Shown in pieces: positions 1 through 9,629 of a stretch of DNA of 64,000 nt; within the stretch, counting starts at the first letter, position 1, and every line of letters begins with the position of its first letter. The DNA is from an uncultured Thermoanaerobaculia bacterium. GTDB taxonomy: Bacteria; Acidobacteriota; Thermoanaerobaculia; Multivoradales; Multivoraceae. The stretch spans positions 325,310 through 389,309 of the forward strand of contig CATOTG010000002.1 of NCBI GenBank assembly GCA_951813015.1. The letters run 5' to 3'. The notes below the pieces were generated by a model that was not told the origin of the DNA, made no database searches, and saw nothing but the letters and a program-made list of their open reading frames with translations. Made by a program: the position numbers and the translations under genes.

Positions 1-2
1 CG

Positions 3-515
3 ATTCTCGACGCCTACCGGGAGCTCGGCGTGCGCTTCGGCCTGGAGGTCCACCCGACCGAGATCGCCTTCGACACGGTGAGCGCCGAGCGGGCGGTCGA
101 AGCTCTGGGCGGCCATCCCGCCTTCGGCTTCAACTACGATCCCAGCCACCTCGGCTACCAGGGCGTCGACTACGTCGACTTCATCCGCCGGTTCTTTGAC
201 CGCATCTTCCACGTCCACATCAAGGATGCCTGGTGGTCCGACGGGCCCAGGCCCTGCGGCGTCTTCGGCGGTCACACGAACTTCGGCGATCACCGCCGGT
301 TCTGGGACTTCCGCTCGCCCGGCCGCGGCTCGGTCGACTTCGAGGAGATCATCCGGGCTCTGAACGACATCGGCTACGACGGACCGCTCTCCGTCGAGTG
401 GGAAGACTCCGGGATGGACCGCGAGCACGGCGCCGCCGAAGCGGCCGATTTCGTCAGGGCGCTCGACTTCGCGCCGTCGGTGATCGCCTTCGACGCCGCG
501 TTCGAGGACAACTGA
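3..515 (+). CDS. Sugar phosphate isomerase/epimerase (xylose-isomerase-like TIM barrel), 5'-truncated by the window edge
   Basis: Frame open from base 3; motifs LEVHP, YDPSH, HVHIKD, SVEWED; lies directly upstream of xylA. Confidence 0.85.
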   Translation: MLDAYRELGVRFGLEVHPTEIAFDTVSAERAVEALGGHPAFGFNYDPSHLGYQGVDYVDFIRRFFDRIFHVHIKDAWWSDGPRPCGVFGGHTNFGDHRRFWDFRSPGRGSVDFEEIIRALNDIGYDGPLSVEWEDSGMDREHGAAEAADFVRALDFAPSVIAFDAAFEDN

Positions 516-540
516 GGAACTCGCCCGAGGAGGTTGACCG

Positions 541-1881
541 ATGACGTTCTTCCCCGAGGTCGAAAGGCCGATCCCCTTTCGCGGACCGGACAGCCGGGAT
601 CCGCTCGCGTTCAAGTACTACGACCGCTCACGCCGGGTCGGCCGCAGGTCGATGGAGCGGCAACTCAAGTTCTCGGTCGCCTGGTGGCACACGTTCAAGG
701 GCGGCGGCCAGGATCCGTTCGGACCGGACCCCGTGTACGACCGGCCCTGGGACGACGCCTCGACGCCGCTAGACGCGGCGCGGCAAACACTCGACGCCGC
801 GTTCGAGTTCTTCACCAAGCTCGGCGTGCCCTACTACTGCTTCCACGACCGGGACATTGCGCCCGAGGGCAACTCCGTCGCCGAGAGCAACGAGTACCTG
901 GACGAGATCGTCCAACTGGCGAAGGCCAGGCAACGGGAGACCGGCGTCAAGCTGCTCTGGGGCACCGCGAACCTGTTCGGCCATCCGCGCTACACCCACG
1001 GCGCGGCGACCAACCCCGATCCCGGAGTCTTCGCCCACGCGGCCGCCCAGGTGCGTCGCGCGATCGACGCGACGATCGAACTCGGCGGCAACGGCTACGT
1101 GTTCTGGGGCGGCCGCGAGGGCTACACCTCGCTGATCAACACGGACATGCGCCACGAGCGGGAGCAGATGGCCGCCTTCCTCCGACTCGCCGTCGACTAC
1201 GCGCGACGTCAGGGCTTCGAGGGCAAGTTCTTCCTCGAGCCCAAGGCGAAGGAGCCCTCGGTTCACCAGTACGACTTCGACTGCGGTCACTGCCTGAACT
1301 TCCTGCGCGAGTTCGATCTGACCGATGACTTCATGCTGAACGTCGAGGCGAATCACGCGACGCTCGCCACCCACTCCTTCGAACACGAACTGGCGACCGC
1401 GGCGGGCGCCGGCATGCTCGGCAGCGTCGACATCAACCGCGGGCTGGAAGGCGTCGGCTGGGACACGGACAACTTCGCGATGAGCCTCCGCGAGTGCGTC
1501 CTGGCCCTGCTCATCATCCAGGGCCAGGGCGGCCTGCGCTGGGGCGGCCTGAACTTCGACGCGAAGGTGCGGCGGGGCTCCTTCGACACGGTCGACCTGT
1601 TCTACGCCCACATCGCGTCGATGGACGTCTTCGCCAAGGCTCTCCTGATCGTCGACCGGATACGGAAGGACGGCGTCCTCGGCCTCGCCGGCAAGCGGAT
1701 CCGGCAACGCTACGCCGGCTACCGGCGCGGCCTCGGCCGCAAGCTCCTGGCCGGCGAAACGACCCTCGAGGAACTCGAGGACTGGGCCGGACGAGTCGGC
1801 GAACCGCCGAAGGTCAGCGGCCGCCAGGAAGAGCTCGAGAGCATCCTCAACGACTACCTGTACAGCACCCGCATCGAGTGA
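541..1881 (+). CDS. xylA: Xylose isomerase (class II)
   Basis: WHT..G.DPFG, FHDRD, LWGTANLF, WGGREGY, EPKAKEP, NVEANHA, GWDTD, GGLNFDAKVRR; RBS GGAGG upstream. Confidence 0.97.
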   Translation: MTFFPEVERPIPFRGPDSRDPLAFKYYDRSRRVGRRSMERQLKFSVAWWHTFKGGGQDPFGPDPVYDRPWDDASTPLDAARQTLDAAFEFFTKLGVPYYCFHDRDIAPEGNSVAESNEYLDEIVQLAKARQRETGVKLLWGTANLFGHPRYTHGAATNPDPGVFAHAAAQVRRAIDATIELGGNGYVFWGGREGYTSLINTDMRHEREQMAAFLRLAVDYARRQGFEGKFFLEPKAKEPSVHQYDFDCGHCLNFLREFDLTDDFMLNVEANHATLATHSFEHELATAAGAGMLGSVDINRGLEGVGWDTDNFAMSLRECVLALLIIQGQGGLRWGGLNFDAKVRRGSFDTVDLFYAHIASMDVFAKALLIVDRIRKDGVLGLAGKRIRQRYAGYRRGLGRKLLAGETTLEELEDWAGRVGEPPKVSGRQEELESILNDYLYSTRIE

Positions 1882-3452
1882 GCTGCGGTCCGCTGTACCT
1901 GGGTATCGACGTCGGCACCCAAAGCCTGACCGCGATCCTGATCGAGGCGCCGCCGCCGGACGGGGAGGGCAAGGACAGGGCCAGCCGCGTCGCCGCGCGC
2001 GCAACCGTTCACTACGACTCCGAACTGCCGGCGTACGGCACCGTCAGCGGACAGCTTCCGAACGACGATCCGGCGATCGGACGGGTACCGCCCTGCATGT
2101 GGATCGAGGCCCTGGATCTGGCGTTGGAACGACTGGGCGGCGATCTTTGCGGGAAGGTCTGCGGCCTGTCGGTGTCCGGCCAGCAGCACGGCTCCGTCTA
2201 CCTCCGGGCCGGCAGCGACCGCGCACTCCGGTCTCTGACCGCGGACCGGAACCTCGCCGAGCAGATCGAGCCTCTCCTTGCCCGCAGCGAAGCACCGATC
2301 TGGACCGACTCCTCCACCGGGCGGGAATGCGAAGAGATCCGGCGGGCGCTCGGCGGCGCCGCGGCGACCGCCGAACTCACCGGCAGCAACACCTTCGAGC
2401 GCTTCACCGGGCCTCAGATCCGGCGCTTCGCTCGGACCCGGCCCGACGAATGGACCGATACGGCACACGTCTGCCTGGTCAGCTCGTTCGTCACCTCGGT
2501 CCTGGCCGGCCGGCTGACGGCGATCGACCACGGTGACGGCTCGGGCATGAATCTGCTCGACATCCGGCGGCGGGAGTGGTCGCCCGCGGCGATGGCGGCC
2601 ACCGCAACCGAACTTGAGCGCCGTCTCCTCCCGTCGCAACCGCCCTGGACGGTCGTCGGCGCGATAGCTCCCTGCTTCGTCTCCCGGTACGGCTTCCCGC
2701 CGGATACGCGAGTGTCCATCGGCTCCGGGGACAACCCCTGTTCCCTGGTCGGCGTCGGTGTGCGCGAACCCGGCGAAGCGGTGCTGAGCCTGGGCACCAG
2801 CGACACCTGCTTCTGCCTCATGCCCGACATCGCCGTCGACCCGGACGCCAACGGCCACGTGTTCATCGCGCCGAGTGGACATCCGATGAGCCTGATCTGC
2901 TTCCGCAACGGGTCGCTCGCGCGCGAAGCGGTGCGGGACCGCCACGGTCTCGACTGGCAGGGCTTCGAGGACGCGCTGCGGTCCACGCCGCCGGGCAACG
3001 ACGGGATGATGATGATCCCGTGGTTCGAACCGGAGATCGTCCCGCGCGTGGCGTCGCCCGGGGTCGTTCGGCTGGGCGGTCTGGAGGACGCACCCGAGCA
3101 GGCGGCCGCGAACTGCCGTGCCGTCGTCGAGGGGCAGTTCCTGTCCATGCGGCTCAACTCGGAATGGATGGCGACCCGGCCCAGCCGGATTCTGGCGACC
3201 GGAGGCGGCGCCCACAATCGGGAGATGCTTCAGATCGCCGCCGACGTGATGGGCTGCCCCGTCGAGGGACACGAGGCAACCGACGGCGCAGCCCTGGGCG
3301 CCGCTCTGCGCGCGACCGGGCGCAGGCCGTACCCGCTGCCACCGGCCGGCGGACCCGGACCTGCCGCCGCGCCCCGCCCCCAGGCGGCCGCGGTCTACGA
3401 CCGGTTGCTTGCGCGGTACGCCGAAGCGCAGCGCAGGGCGTTAGGGCCTTAG
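1878..3452 (+). CDS. xylB: Xylulokinase, FGGY carbohydrate kinase (eukaryote XYLB/XKS1-like subtype)
   Basis: GTG start overlaps the xylA stop (GTGA); LYLGIDVGTQS, SGQQHGSVY, TGSNTFERFTGPQI, GDNP, SLGTSDT, ATGGGA. Confidence 0.9.
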   Translation: MSCGPLYLGIDVGTQSLTAILIEAPPPDGEGKDRASRVAARATVHYDSELPAYGTVSGQLPNDDPAIGRVPPCMWIEALDLALERLGGDLCGKVCGLSVSGQQHGSVYLRAGSDRALRSLTADRNLAEQIEPLLARSEAPIWTDSSTGRECEEIRRALGGAAATAELTGSNTFERFTGPQIRRFARTRPDEWTDTAHVCLVSSFVTSVLAGRLTAIDHGDGSGMNLLDIRRREWSPAAMAATATELERRLLPSQPPWTVVGAIAPCFVSRYGFPPDTRVSIGSGDNPCSLVGVGVREPGEAVLSLGTSDTCFCLMPDIAVDPDANGHVFIAPSGHPMSLICFRNGSLAREAVRDRHGLDWQGFEDALRSTPPGNDGMMMIPWFEPEIVPRVASPGVVRLGGLEDAPEQAAANCRAVVEGQFLSMRLNSEWMATRPSRILATGGGAHNREMLQIAADVMGCPVEGHEATDGAALGAALRATGRRPYPLPPAGGPGPAAAPRPQAAAVYDRLLARYAEAQRRALGP

Positions 3453-3454
3453 GG

Positions 3455-3605
3455 CAAAGACCGGGCGCCCGCGGAGACCGGGAGCGTGCGCCACCTCCGT
3501 CGACAGCGGCAGGCGCAAGAGCCGGGCGCGCGCGGAGACCGGTCCATCACGGGAGGGGTTCGCCGATGGCGCACAGCCAAGACCGGGCGCCCGCAGAGAC
3601 CGGGT
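3455..3605. repeat. Three imperfect ~28 bp direct repeats separated by 33-34 bp unique spacers
   Basis: caaagaccgggcgcccgcggagaccggg (3455-3482), caagagccgggcgcgcgcggagaccggt (3516-3543), caagaccgggcgcccgcagagaccgggt (3578-3605), between convergent genes. Confidence 0.75.
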
Positions 3606-3612
3606 GCGCCGG

Positions 3613-4566
3613 CTAGGGCAGCGCTCCGTAGAGTTCCCTGACCTTCGCGCGAACACGGTCGCCGTTGTCCGGACCCAGGCGCAGCAGGAGCTTCTGAGCC
3701 GGGCTCAATCCTTCGAGCCCGGGATCGACGTACTCGAAGCTGATCACCCGCAACCGGAGTTCCGGCACAGCGTCGGGGACGGGCGTCGCCAGCAGCCTGG
3801 TCACGGCGAGTTCGAGCGTGTCGCCGAACTCGTTGGGGTATCCGAGTTCGTCGTGCGCCTGCTCGAACAAGGGCGCCAGGCGCTGATAGGCGCCGGCGGC
3901 CCCGGACACATCGATCGAGTCGAGGACTTCGACCGCCAGATCGTAGCGGCGGAAGCTCGTCTCGGCCGGGTAGAAGCGCTGCCCCCGCCGCACCACGCTG
4001 AAGCCCTCCTCGGGGCGTAGCGGCTCCAGGCTGGACTGGGGCGGCTCGTCGTAGGCAACGGCGCCGACCGCGCGCACGAAGTTCATCGCCAGTTCCTCGG
4101 GAACAAGCCACGCCAGCCACTCGGCGTGCTGCGACAGGCCGCCCACGACGTCCCGAACCAGGGAATCGCTCCCGGACAGGGCCGGGAGCGCCGGCGGTTC
4201 AGCGGCCGGAACATCGACCGCCGGCGGCGCCGCAGCCGGTTCGGGGGCAGTGACTGCCTCAGCGGCCGCAGCAGCGGCGGCGGGATCGACCGCATCCGCG
4301 GAGCGGCTGGCGAACCACCACCAGATCACGGCGCCGCCGCCAAGCAGAATCAGGCCCGCGATGACGATGACGGTTATCGTCCCGGAACGCGCCGGCGACC
4401 CTTCGGGCGAGTCGCCCGAGTCCCCGTCTCCTCGTTCGGGTCCCTCGGAAGCCGGCGCCCGGCTCAGGTTCAAAGGGAGATCGAAGACCGGATCGCTGCG
4501 GTCAGGCTCGTTCCCGGGCGCCCCAAAATCATCGGGCCGGGTCTCCCCCGGCGGTTTCTCGTCCAT
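3613..4566 (-). CDS. DUF3014-like membrane-anchored protein
   Basis: N-terminal TM helix, Pro/Ala linker, then SD..VR, RYD, LAPLFEQAHDELGYP, YVDPGLEGLSPAQKLLLRLGP; TACACT -10 box 6 nt before the ATG at 4566. Confidence 0.8.
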   Translation of the reverse strand: MDEKPPGETRPDDFGAPGNEPDRSDPVFDLPLNLSRAPASEGPERGDGDSGDSPEGSPARSGTITVIVIAGLILLGGGAVIWWWFASRSADAVDPAAAAAAAEAVTAPEPAAAPPAVDVPAAEPPALPALSGSDSLVRDVVGGLSQHAEWLAWLVPEELAMNFVRAVGAVAYDEPPQSSLEPLRPEEGFSVVRRGQRFYPAETSFRRYDLAVEVLDSIDVSGAAGAYQRLAPLFEQAHDELGYPNEFGDTLELAVTRLLATPVPDAVPELRLRVISFEYVDPGLEGLSPAQKLLLRLGPDNGDRVRAKVRELYGALP

Positions 4567-4637
4567 TGCCACAGTGTAACGCCGGCCGGCCGACGGACCA
4601 TTCCGCGGCCCCTGGGAGTGAGACCGACTCGCCCCGA

Positions 4638-5831
4638 TCAGGCCGCCAGCGCGCGGTTCGGTCGGATGCCGCGCAGCACGTCGATGCCCTCGGTCAACCC
4701 GTCGATCGTCAACTCGAACATCGGGTAGACCTGCCGGATCAGGTGGATGGTCGGAGCGTTCCAGATCCGCTGCGGCTCCGGATTGAGCCAGATCGAGTTC
4801 GGACAACGGTCGCGGAACTTGCGCAGCCAGTCCAGGCCGGTGACCTGGTTGCTGTGGTAGTAGTCGATCGCGCCGCCGGTGTGGGTCAACTCGTAGGGGC
4901 TCATCCATGCGTCGCCGACCAGGCACACGGACCAGGTGTGATCCAGGCGCTTCAGGATCTCGGACGTGGGTTCGCCCTTCCAGCGGCTGATGTCCGTGTA
5001 CAGGTTCTCGTACACGCAGTTGTGGAAGAACTTGAACTCGAACTTCTTGAAGTGGTTCGCCTTGTGCGCGGCGGAGAACAGCCGCTCGCAGAGCAGGGTG
5101 TGGGGATCCATCGAGCCGCCCACATCGATCAGCAGCAGCAGCTTGATCCGGTTTCGCTTCGGCGGACGGAACACGAGGTCGATCTCGCCGGCGTTGCGGG
5201 CGCTGCTGTCGATCGTCTCGTCGATGTCCAGTTCCTCGGGGCCCTCGTCCTTGTCCAGCTTGCGCAGGCGGCGGAGCGCCAGCCCGATCTGTCGCGTGTC
5301 GAGGATCCGGTCCGACCGCAGATTGCGGAAGCGGCGGTCCGTCGCTACCTGAACCGCGGAGCGCCCGCCGCCCGCACCACCGATGCGAACCCCGGTCGGA
5401 TGCTCGCCGCCATGGCCAAAGGGAGACATGCCACCGGTCCCGATCCAGCGGTTGCCGCCGTCGTGCCGCTCCTTCTGCTCATCCAGCAGGTCCTTGAAGC
5501 GCTCACGCAACTCGTCGAGGTCAAGCGCCTCCAGCCTGGAACGCTCCTCGTCGGTCAACTCCCGCGGCAACTTTGGGTTCGACAGCCACTCCAGCAGTTC
5601 GTCGCTGATGTCGAAGTGGTTCTCGACCCCCATGAAGAAGGAGGCGAAGGCGCGGTCGTAGTTGTCGAAGTCAGCCTCCCGCTTGACCATCAGGCAGCGG
5701 GCCAGGTTGTAGAAGACGTGAAGATCCGCGCGGCTGTAGCCGATCGCGAGCGCCCGCATGAGGGCCAGCCACTCCGTGATCGTCACCTTCAGACCGTAGC
5801 CCCTCAGGTGGTAGAAGAAATCGACGAACAT
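4638..5831 (-). CDS. VWA-domain (CoxE-like) protein, partner of the MoxR ATPase
   Basis: MIDAS-like DVGGSMD, HDGGNRWIGTGG.SPFG, FFHNC, VGDAWMSPYEL, WLNP. Confidence 0.9.
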   Translation of the reverse strand: MFVDFFYHLRGYGLKVTITEWLALMRALAIGYSRADLHVFYNLARCLMVKREADFDNYDRAFASFFMGVENHFDISDELLEWLSNPKLPRELTDEERSRLEALDLDELRERFKDLLDEQKERHDGGNRWIGTGGMSPFGHGGEHPTGVRIGGAGGGRSAVQVATDRRFRNLRSDRILDTRQIGLALRRLRKLDKDEGPEELDIDETIDSSARNAGEIDLVFRPPKRNRIKLLLLIDVGGSMDPHTLLCERLFSAAHKANHFKKFEFKFFHNCVYENLYTDISRWKGEPTSEILKRLDHTWSVCLVGDAWMSPYELTHTGGAIDYYHSNQVTGLDWLRKFRDRCPNSIWLNPEPQRIWNAPTIHLIRQVYPMFELTIDGLTEGIDVLRGIRPNRALAA

Positions 5832-5885
5832 GGCTGGGACTGCGTTCGAGTCGTATCGGGCCTTTGCCGGACCTTCAGCGCGCGC

Positions 5886-6716
5886 TCAGTTGACCCGACC
5901 GCGACGGTGCGCAGCCATCACGGCTTCCAGGTCGTTCTCGCGCTTCATCAGGACACCCAGGAAGGGTAGCTCACTCTCGATCACCTCGGTGCTGACGCCC
6001 CCGCGGCGCAGCGCGGCGATCCAGTCGATCAGCTCGCTGGTCGACGGCTTCTTGCGAATCTCGGGCAGATCGCGCAGCCAGTAGAACCGCAGCAGGACCT
6101 GCTGCAGCAGCTCCGCTTCGACATCCGGATGGTGGACGCGGATGATGTCCTCCATCTCTGCCTTGTCGGGGAACGCGATGTAGTGGAACACGCAGCGGCG
6201 CAGGAAGGCGTCCGGCAGTTCCTTCTCGTTGTTCGAGGTGATGATCACGATCGGCCGGAACCGGGCGCTGTGTTGCTTGCCCGTCTCGTGGACGAAGAAG
6301 CTCATCCGGTCGAGCTCATGGAGCAGGTCGTTCGGGAACTCCATGTCCGCCTTGTCGATCTCGTCGATCAGCAGGACAACGCGCTGATCGGTGAGGAAGG
6401 ACTGCCCGAGCGGGCCGTACTTGATGTACTGGGAGATGTCCGTGATGTCCTTGTCGCCGAAGCGGGCATCGTTGAGCCGTTGCACCGTGTCGTAGACGTA
6501 GAGCCCCTCCTGGGCCTTGCTCGTCGACTTGATGTTCCAGGTCAGCAGCTCCATGACCAGGTTCTCGGCGACCGCCTCGGCGAGCACCGTCTTGCCGGTA
6601 CCCGGTTCGCCACGCACGAGGAGCGGCTTCTCTAGCGCCGCGGCGACGTTCACCGAATCCCGGAGTTCGGGGGCGGCGAGGTAGGAATCCGTGCCTGTGA
6701 AGCTATGAAAGGACAT
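5886..6716 (-). CDS. MoxR/CoxD-family AAA+ ATPase
   Basis: Walker A GEPGTGKT, Walker B LIDEIDKAD, FPNDLL, TSNNEKELPDAFLRRC. Confidence 0.93.
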   Translation of the reverse strand: MSFHSFTGTDSYLAAPELRDSVNVAAALEKPLLVRGEPGTGKTVLAEAVAENLVMELLTWNIKSTSKAQEGLYVYDTVQRLNDARFGDKDITDISQYIKYGPLGQSFLTDQRVVLLIDEIDKADMEFPNDLLHELDRMSFFVHETGKQHSARFRPIVIITSNNEKELPDAFLRRCVFHYIAFPDKAEMEDIIRVHHPDVEAELLQQVLLRFYWLRDLPEIRKKPSTSELIDWIAALRRGGVSTEVIESELPFLGVLMKRENDLEAVMAAHRRGRVN

Positions 6717-6852
6717 TCTGGCTCTCTCTATCCTCCGGCGTTGCCGGGTCCATCCAACTCGTTTGCGGGCGGGCGCCACTGTAACAGACCGACCGGTCGG
6801 TAGAGAAGAAGCCGTAGACTCGGTCCCACCGTCCAACATGCCGGAGGTCGCC

Positions 6853-7629
6853 ATGAACCAGGTCCAGGAACTTGAACGCCTGATCGACGAAGCGAGCGGG
6901 ATCGTCGCGTTCACGGGAGCGGGCATCAGCACCGAGTCGGGCATCCCGGACTTCCGCAGCCCGGGCGGTATCTGGACGAAGTACAAGCCAATCGACTTCG
7001 GCGAGTTCGTCGCCTCCGAGGAGGCGAGACGCGAGTCCTGGCGGCGCAAGATCGGCAGCGATCGCACGATGTCCAGAGCCAGGCCCAACCGCGGCCACCT
7101 CGCGCTCGCCGAACTCCGCCGCCTGGGAAAGCTCCGGGCCGTGATCACCCAGAACGTCGACGGACTGCACCAGGAATCCGGCATTCCCGACAGCGAGGTG
7201 ATCGAGCTGCACGGCAACGCGACCTACGCCGCCTGCCTCGAGTGCCAGCAGCGCTACGACCTTGGACCCATCGTGGCCGCGTTCCGCGACCGGGAGGAGC
7301 TTCCGGTCTGTTCACGGCAGAACCTGGCCGGCGCCACCTGCGGAGGCATGATCAAGACCGCCACGATCTCGTTCGGCCAGGCGATGCCCGAGCTCGCCAT
7401 GCGACGCGCCCATGAGGCAACCCTGGCCGCCGATCTCTTCCTGGCAATCGGCAGTTCCCTCGTGGTCTACCCGGCCGCCGGCTTCCCCGCCCTCGCCAAA
7501 CAGGCGGGCGCCAGGCTGGTCATCCTGAACCGCGAGGCCACCGACCTCGACGGCATTGCCGACCTCGTGCTCCACGCCGAAATCGGCCCGACGTTGGGTG
7601 CGGTGACCGGCGTGACCGAGCCGAACTAG
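6853..7629 (+). CDS. cobB: Sir2-family NAD-dependent protein deacylase
   Basis: TGAGISTESGIPDFRS, TQNVDGLH, ELHGN, Zn-binding CxxC, GSSLVVYPAA; RBS GGAGG. Confidence 0.92.
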   Translation: MNQVQELERLIDEASGIVAFTGAGISTESGIPDFRSPGGIWTKYKPIDFGEFVASEEARRESWRRKIGSDRTMSRARPNRGHLALAELRRLGKLRAVITQNVDGLHQESGIPDSEVIELHGNATYAACLECQQRYDLGPIVAAFRDREELPVCSRQNLAGATCGGMIKTATISFGQAMPELAMRRAHEATLAADLFLAIGSSLVVYPAAGFPALAKQAGARLVILNREATDLDGIADLVLHAEIGPTLGAVTGVTEPN

Positions 7630-7674
7630 CGAGGCCCGTCCTGTTTCCGGCGACGCACCTGCTTCCGGGTGGAC

Positions 7675-7683
7675 TGCTACAAT
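7675..7683 (+). promoter_or_regulatory. Putative extended -10 promoter (TGnTACAAT) for the S1-protein operon
   Basis: TGCTACAAT about 47 nt upstream of the ATG at 7730. Confidence 0.45.
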
Positions 7684-7729
7684 CCTGGACCGCTCTCGAA
7701 GCTGCGGCCCGTGTCCTCCCTCCAGCACC

Positions 7730-9283
7730 ATGACTGAGACGAACGATCCAGCGCTCGCTCAGGCGCCGGCGGAGGGCGAGGAGCCCCTCGATCCGGCGTC
7801 CCCAACTGCTCAAGACGAAGCGCCCATGGACCAGGTAGAAGCAACGGCCCGGCTGAACGACAACGCGGACCTCGAAGCCGCGACTTCAACCTCCGTGGCG
7901 CCGGAAGCCGAGCAGGCCCCCGGGGCCGAGGCCTCAGCACCGCCCGAGGCCGAAACCCGGCCCGAGGCTGAAACTCGGCCCGAGGCTGGAACCCGGCCCG
8001 AGGCAGTAGCACCGCCCGAGGCTGAAACTCGGCCCGAGGCCGAAACTCGGCCCGAGGCAGTAGCACCGCCCGAGGCCGAAGCCCAGCCCGAGGCCGCGCC
8101 CGAAGAGATGCCGAAAGTCGAACTGGCGCCCGCGGCTATCCCGTTTGCCGCCGCGCTCGAGGCGAAGAACCCGGTCGAGGGCAAGGTGATCGGCTGGAAC
8201 AAGGGCGGCTTTCACGTCCTCTCGGAAGGCGTCGCGACCTTCTGCCCGCGGTCGCTGATGGAACTCGGAAACCGCCCCAAGCCTCCGGCCCGGTACGTGA
8301 ACAACACGTACGCCTTCCACGTCCTCGAAATCAAGGAAGCCGGTCGCCGGATCGTGCTCACCCGGCGCCCGGCCATCCGCAGCGAACGCAGGCGCGCGCT
8401 GGACGAGATTCGCGCCAGGCAGGAGTCCCGCGAGCCGGTCAGCGGCAAGGTGACCTCGGTGACCGACTTCGGCGCCTTCGTCGACCTGGGAGACGGGATC
8501 GGCGGGCTGGTCCACAGGACCCAGATTTCCCGAACCCGATCCGGCGAGCCCGGCGACCTGCTCAAGGTCGGGCAGAGCGTAGAAGCCGTCGTGACCAAGA
8601 TCGAGAAGAAGAAGAGCAAGCGCAGCGCTCGCATCTCGCTGTCGATGAAGGCCCTGGAGGCGGATCCATGGAAGGAGACCGCGAAGAAGTTCACCGCCGG
8701 CGAGAAGTTCAAGGGCAAGGTCGTGCGGCACAGTGAGTTCGGCCTGTTCGTCGAGCTGGCCCCCGGCCTCGACGGTCTCGTGCATACCTCCCAGCTCCCG
8801 ATCGGCAAGCAGATGAGCGCGCCCGAGTTCGCGACCGGCGAGGAGATCGAGGGATGGGTGGTCGAGGTGGCGCCCGGACGGCGCCGGATCGCACTGTCCC
8901 TGCGCGAGGTGCCGGCGAACGATCCCTGGAGGAACCTCGGCGAGCAGTACGAGGAAGGCGCGGAGGTGGAGGGCCGCGTCGAACAGGTCTCGCGCTTCGG
9001 CATCTTCGTTCAACTCGAACCCGGCCTGACCGGTCTGCTGCCGATGTCTGCGGTCACCCTTCCGGACGGCAATCAGGCTCAGCGCGCCTACCCGCCCGGG
9101 CGCCAACTCAAGGTCGTCATCGAGAGCATCGATCGCAAGCGCCGCCGCCTTGGACTCGCGCCGCCGGGCTCGCAGCTCGTCGGCACGAAGGCGGACTACA
9201 AGAACTACCGCAAGCGCCAGAAGAAACCCGCGGCCCTCAACGCGATGGCCGCCGCCTTCGCCAAACTCCAGCAGCCCAAGTGA
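7730..9283 (+). CDS. Ribosomal protein S1-like RNA-binding protein (4 S1 domains, acidic repetitive N-terminus)
   Basis: Repeated G.V....FG.FV.L..G..GLVH S1 motifs; ~130 aa Glu/Ala/Pro-rich leader. Confidence 0.88.
   Translation: MTETNDPALAQAPAEGEEPLDPASPTAQDEAPMDQVEATARLNDNADLEAATSTSVAPEAEQAPGAEASAPPEAETRPEAETRPEAGTRPEAVAPPEAETRPEAETRPEAVAPPEAEAQPEAAPEEMPKVELAPAAIPFAAALEAKNPVEGKVIGWNKGGFHVLSEGVATFCPRSLMELGNRPKPPARYVNNTYAFHVLEIKEAGRRIVLTRRPAIRSERRRALDEIRARQESREPVSGKVTSVTDFGAFVDLGDGIGGLVHRTQISRTRSGEPGDLLKVGQSVEAVVTKIEKKKSKRSARISLSMKALEADPWKETAKKFTAGEKFKGKVVRHSEFGLFVELAPGLDGLVHTSQLPIGKQMSAPEFATGEEIEGWVVEVAPGRRRIALSLREVPANDPWRNLGEQYEEGAEVEGRVEQVSRFGIFVQLEPGLTGLLPMSAVTLPDGNQAQRAYPPGRQLKVVIESIDRKRRRLGLAPPGSQLVGTKADYKNYRKRQKKPAALNAMAAAFAKLQQPK
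7937..8097 (+). repeat. Coding 18-bp tandem repeat (PEAETR / PEAVAP units)
   Basis: cccgaggc(c/t)gaaac(c/t)cgg repeated, with cccgaggcagtagcaccg variants. Confidence 0.85.
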
Positions 9284-9287
9284 ACCC

Positions 9288-9629
9288 GTGTCCGAAGACC
9301 TGATCTACCGGGTGACGTTCCTGAGCCAGGGCGAGGTCTACGAGGTCTACGCCCGCTCGGTCGCCCAGGGCGGCCTGCTCGGCTTCGTCGAGATCGGCGA
9401 ACTCGTGTTCGGCGAGAAGACGCAGGTCGTCGTCGATCCCTCGGAAGAACGGCTGCAGCGCGAGTTCAGCGGCGTCAGGCGCACGTATCTGCCGATGCAC
9501 TCCGTCCTGCGCATCGACCAGGTGACGAAACAGGGCAACGCCCGCATTCGCGATCTCGAGCGGCCGGAGAACCGGAAGGTCACGCCGTTTCCGATCCCGA
9601 TCTACACGCCCGGTGGAGAGTCCCAATGA
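9288..9629 (+). CDS. DUF1820-family protein
   Basis: IYRVTF..QGEVYEVYA, GFVEI..LVFGE...VVVDPSEERL..EF.GV.RTYLPMHSVLRID. Confidence 0.85.
   Translation: MSEDLIYRVTFLSQGEVYEVYARSVAQGGLLGFVEIGELVFGEKTQVVVDPSEERLQREFSGVRRTYLPMHSVLRIDQVTKQGNARIRDLERPENRKVTPFPIPIYTPGGESQ

Noticed and set aside
3455..3605. Calling this a bona fide CRISPR locus
   Set aside because: Only three imperfect repeats, no AT-rich leader and no cas genes; kept as a repeat and a finding
6853..7629. Sir2 as an anti-phage NADase (Thoeris/DSR type)
   Set aside because: It has the Zn-finger CobB-type deacylase architecture and a housekeeping context
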